Positions 60,201 to 64,000 of a stretch of 64,000 bases of DNA are shown here, in pieces; the first letter of the stretch is position 1; each line of letters begins with the position of its first letter. A model generated the notes under the pieces. That model was not told the DNA's origin. It did no database searches and was given only the letters and a program-made list of their open reading frames with translations. Source of the stretch: Phoronis australis (Eukaryota > Animalia > Phoronida); the NCBI GenBank assembly GCA_002633005.1, contig NMRA01000004.1, positions 1,497,245 to 1,561,244 on the forward strand, written 5' to 3'. Both the position numbers and the translations under genes were made by a program.

Positions 60201-63200
60201 TCAAACTAGTAAATCTGTTATTTCTTGAGTGTCCAGGGTTCTTATTATTTTTGATGTACCAAACTGTTTTTCAAATTTCTACTACCCTTTTATCAAGCTT
60301 ATATTACTGACACATCTGACATAATTGGTGGTTTTGTTTGTTTTATTTGTTTAAAGTTTTGTGGACAGAGTTCTTTTGAAGAAGAAACCATGGAGAGGTG
60401 CATTTTTGCTTCAGAGGGGGTAAGTAATAATCACACCTTGGGGGTGTCACCACTAGCACTGAATCTTGCAAGTTATTGTTTGTCCAGTTTGTTATATATG
60501 TTCATCTGGTTAGTTCATGGCCATGTGAAAGGGAAGTTGATTTTGTCACTGCCCCAAGTTACACACCTTGCGCTGCTTCTTTTCTCAAAAAAACAACCAC
60601 AGATAGTGCTCGCCATCATATGCGTGATGTCGCATGTGACGTCACTCACTGCATGGTACGTTGTTGACAAATAGCTGGCTGTTGCCATTAGAAACTCGGC
60701 CCGTTTCATGGCAGCTTGTACTTTGTAAGTAGATTTGTACAAGAATCGTTGGTTTCATCAATTCTTCATATTACGAGCACTGATCTGGTTCTTTTGTGTG
60801 GAACAGAGCAATTACTGTGTTAGCGATGACTATACAGCAATAAAGTTCAGGGTGAAATAATTTGCAATATTATTTACTGTAGCTTGTAAGTTTTTGAACC
60901 CCAAAGAAATATCAAAAAAATTTAACGAAACGATGTTTCTGGATTTGGTTTATTGACCTGTGTGGCACTCAACATAGATTTATTATGGTATATAATTGGT
61001 GTGCAACTCGTGATGGTGAAAAAAAGATTGATTGGGGTAGATTGATATCTGGATTTGGAAACTGCCGTTGTGTAAATTTGAAACTATACGAGAGATATTT
61101 GTAATGCTTGTGGGACGTAGATGTAGCACAGCATATACTGAGGCAGTATGAAGCCTCAGTCTGAAACTTGCAAATATACAACGTCCAATGTCTAAGTGAG
61201 TTCAATCCATATTACACAACCTCATCATAGACTACAAAACAATAGTTCTCTGTTACTGGAGAATCAATCACCTTGGAATAGTTCATCATTCCAGGGACCA
61301 TGCTAATATTTTTGAAGATGAAGTCTTCATTTTGTTACCCAGTGAGCCCTCTATTGGTACCAGTAAACTCTCGTTTGAAGTAATGTACGAGCATATCTAG
61401 TCCAGGGCCTCATTTTGTCAAAGGTCCCAAATCCAGAATTAACTATGGCTGTCTTAACTTTGATTTTAATTTGTACACAGTTCATTAATATGACATGTGA
61501 AGGTGGTTGTAAAATTTGAATATGAGAAAAATATTAACTTATAACTTTGTTGGTTAAATCTGAAGAAAAACATGTTGCATTTGCTATAATATGCCTATGA
61601 CTGACCTTTTGTAAAATGAGTCCTAGTTTTCAAGCCGATGCCTTGTATAGTGCAGGTTTTGCTCCTTCGATGGAGTGATACTTATTTTTACACTGATATA
61701 ATGCTGTTCTTTATTTAGAAAGGTTACAGGCAGGATGGTCGTTAGGCGGGAGCAAATGGAAGCTGAGAAGAACAATATGTCCCATACCCTGACGGAATGC
61801 TCAAAGGAACAGTACCAGCCTCCTTGCAAGCCTGGCCAGGTACGTATTGTTAGTTGAATCTTACTTATACCAGTGGTTAAGTCATGCATTATAACATGCT
61901 TGCATTGATGGCATTTTTTGTTGTCTCTCCTGTGGATTGGTTTAGAACTCCCTGACCCCCCCATAGAGTCACCATTGCTTGTGATTTTTACATTGAGACA
62001 CCCAGTACTATTTAGTATTTTTCTTCATAGATTTTGTCATTCTATTATTGGAATAATAATCTTAATTCAATCCTGTTAGATCTAATCACTGCTCTGATGC
62101 TTTCTTCTTGCAGAATTGGGTATGCGTAAAAAATGAATACACGGGACGACTTCGATTCCAAAAGTGCCGTAAACATAACACAAACAAACAACAATGCGTC
62201 TGTCCAAAGTCCACCAGAACCCAGGTGCAACAAGTGTCAACTAAACGTGGTAGGGTATTGGAGTCTAGATTCATTGTATTCGTTGTCATGTACATGGATT
62301 TGTAGGACACGAGGAAATGTGAAACCTCAGTTCATGAAGGTAGCACTTGTGTTATTCTATACTTACCTAACACAAATGCTGTTGTGATAAGTTTTAGGGA
62401 CTAGTTTTGGTATTGTGTAAAACCTATCACTCTGTTTAACATCATCTTGCGTTGTGGTTTCAGACTGCGGTGATTCTTCACTACCTCTAGCACACAACAT
62501 TTCCCACTACCATAATCCTATGATCCAAAAATCTAACGGGCTCCTGATTTTTCTGTGGTCATTTGATACATTGCAGAATTAGACAACATCATAACATCAG
62601 CGTCTATATTTACTATATCTAATTATCGCATACTGGCTAATTGCTGATTATATGATCGTCCAAATTTCATGAAAAAGGCGAAATGCCACTCATGAACTAG
62701 AGGACAACAGTTGGCTACAAACAGTAATTGCTCGGATATTGCGTCCTCAGTAGTTTAGTGGTAAGAGCACTAGACCGGTAGTCAAGAGACCTGTGGTTCG
62801 ATTCCCAGTTGGGGGCTCCTGATTTTTCTGTGCTTATTTGATCTAATGATTTTGTGTGGCTGACCCCTTATGACGGCAATTGTTTACCGTGGTTCCATGA
62901 GTCTTGTATTTCAGTGCCTGTCATGATAATCTGAGTTGAATATAAAACATTGGAGTGATGTTTTTATCGTGGCAAGTTTTAAAATGAAGTTGACTATTCA
63001 TTTCGTTCAGTAATAAATGCAGTTTAGTACCATAGTAATGTTAAGATAATATTTGTGATATTGTAACTGCACACCTTCAGGATGAGGGTCAAGGTACTCG
63101 AGATCCCAAATAAGTTGTGCTGACATAAGAAAATCGTAAACTGGAAAGTATTCAAACCATTAAAACTTAAAACTGCAATGAAATAATCGATTTTCAAAAG

Positions 63201-64000
63201 GATTTCAATCTTTAATATAAGTACTTGTGGCTTTTCAATAACTAATGTAAATTTCACATTTTTGTCAGAGGTGCCTCTGTTTAGGCTGCTGTTGTGGAAA
63301 ATCTAATGTGGTGACCCCTACTTTGTTTTTGCAGATTTGTAGTAGGCATAGATCAAAATTTCAAAAAAAATATACTGGTAAGTTGTAACTGTGTTGAACT
63401 TCCTTTTCAGAATAGACTCAAATATGGCAGACTGGTCGTTGTTTGTGCTCTTGAATGTCCTTTTGTTGGTTTTCAGATGTTGTTAGCCGTTGCCGCGTTA
63501 GACAAGATAACACGGTAGCATGTGACGAGACTGTCATTCGAAACAAGAATTTGCTGAAAACTCAGCGAGATGCCATCGATAAAATGATAAATGAATACAG
63601 GCAAGACATCAAGAAATTGAAAGTAAGTTGTCGCATGACTTTAATTTGTCACAATAAAGAAGTAATACGTAAAGAGGAAGCAAAAGAAAGCAAAATTAAA
63701 CAAATTTGTTTACCATGGCGGTTGTAGGGGTGAACTGAGATTTTGACCAGGGCTCTCTCCTTGGACAAACATATGAAGAATTTGGGCTACCTCTGTAACA
63801 GCGATATGGAGCCTTTTTTATCTAATGCTGTATTGTGAAGATTTCTGTGAAAACATTTGCAAATTGCATCCACACCAACATGATTCTTATTAGCTAGTAA
63901 GTATTTCATTCGTGTGCTTACATTGCAGAAAATCAGGAAACACCTAAAGAATGGTCAGATAGTGGTTGAAAATTTACGCAACGGCCAGTGTGAATGTAGC
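51213..64000 (+). CDS. SULF1: Extracellular heparan-sulfate 6-O-endosulfatase (Sulf1/Sulf2 family), partial; runs off the window end
   Basis: Phase-consistent GT-AG exons: 51213-51396 (signal peptide, [13 protein letters not shown]), 53306-53545 ([15 protein letters not shown] formylglycine motif), 55865-56090 (GKYLNEYNG), 57294-57389 ([12 protein letters not shown]), 57751-57901 ([12 protein letters not shown]), 58349-58524 ([10 protein letters not shown]...GKAMPYE), 59641-59769 (NIDVAPT), 60357-60419, 61719-61839, 62114 to about 62254 (end uncertain), 63335-63377, 63477-63622, 63929-64000 (KIRKHLK...CECS). The symbol denotes the family; invertebrate Sulf is co-orthologous to SULF1 and SULF2. 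Confidence 0.95.
51461..53039 (+). repeat. About 118-121-bp minisatellite (about 4 + 4 units) with a duplicated 330-bp tail, in Sulf coding intron 1
   Basis: Unit GGCTATAAAGTATTAATATATAACCGCAT...GAGCACTGTAAGACTGCCAAGACATT... at 51461, 51579, 51697, 51816 and again after the N at 52254. Tail 51920-52253 recurs at about 52703-53039. Confidence 0.92.
54934..55758. mobile_element. Second copy of the 39270-39551 MITE carrying an extra ~550-bp internal segment
   Basis: Homology at 54934-55120 and 55673-55758, including the hairpin AGACCGTCAGGAGTTG / CAACTCTGGACGGTCT. Confidence 0.75.
60045..60160 (-). mobile_element. tRNA-derived SINE head
   Basis: Minus strand GGAGGCAGTGTGGCCTAGTGG (A box)...GGATTCGAGTCCCAC (B box), followed by a CCCTTGAGACAG core-like segment. 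The cloverleaf is degenerate. Confidence 0.6.
62744..62816 (+). tRNA. tRNA-like sequence (pseudo-tRNA, nominal anticodon GGT) within a 275-bp permuted repeat
   Basis: TCCTCAG-TA-GTTT-AGTGGTAA-GAGC-A-CTAGA-CCGGTAG-TCAAG-AGAC-CTGTGG-TTCGATT-CCCAG-TTGGGGG-C. A and B boxes present and a T5 run at 62823. Stem mismatches argue against a functional tRNA. Confidence 0.6.

Noticed and set aside
62636-62700. Possible hammerhead or twister in the tRNA-bearing repeat (CTGATTA...GAAA)
   Set aside because: The core box is CTGATTA not CTGAnGA, stems I and III do not pair properly, and twister pseudoknot residues are absent. Kept only as an unassigned stem-loop.
62744-62816. Functional tRNA-Thr(GGT) gene
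   Set aside because: A-A mismatch in the anticodon stem, C instead of U33, a bulged T stem, and a GGT anticodon atypical for eukaryotic nuclear tRNAs.

Overview
Eukaryotic (invertebrate metazoan-like) genomic DNA, AT-rich, with spliceosomal GT-AG introns and dense transposon debris; no prokaryotic operons, CRISPR arrays or rRNA. Main content: (1) two intact single-ORF TRPV5/6-like ankyrin/6TM channel paralogues on the minus strand (11177-13051, 19426-21318), plus a possible decayed third copy near 2.7-3.8 kb; (2) a 9-exon orphan gene I assembled by hand (22687-27724, minus, about 482 aa); (3) a 5'-truncated intronless aldo-keto reductase copy fused to a 57-bp hairpin-rich repeat (29.9-31.7 kb); (4) a Penelope-like element with a minimal hammerhead ribozyme, a second Penelope remnant, an RT-less HERO/R2-type element, a Gypsy RNase H fragment, and hAT, Harbinger, Tc1/mariner and Academ-like non-autonomous elements; (5) a virus-like ORF-dense duplicated insert (41.8-44.3 kb); (6) the 5' part of a multi-exon extracellular endosulfatase (Sulf1/2 family) gene from 51213 to the window end, with a permuted tRNA-bearing repeat in one intron. 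All three N bases lie at junctions of direct duplications, so some duplications may be assembly artefacts. All assignments come from motif recognition by eye; no searches were run.
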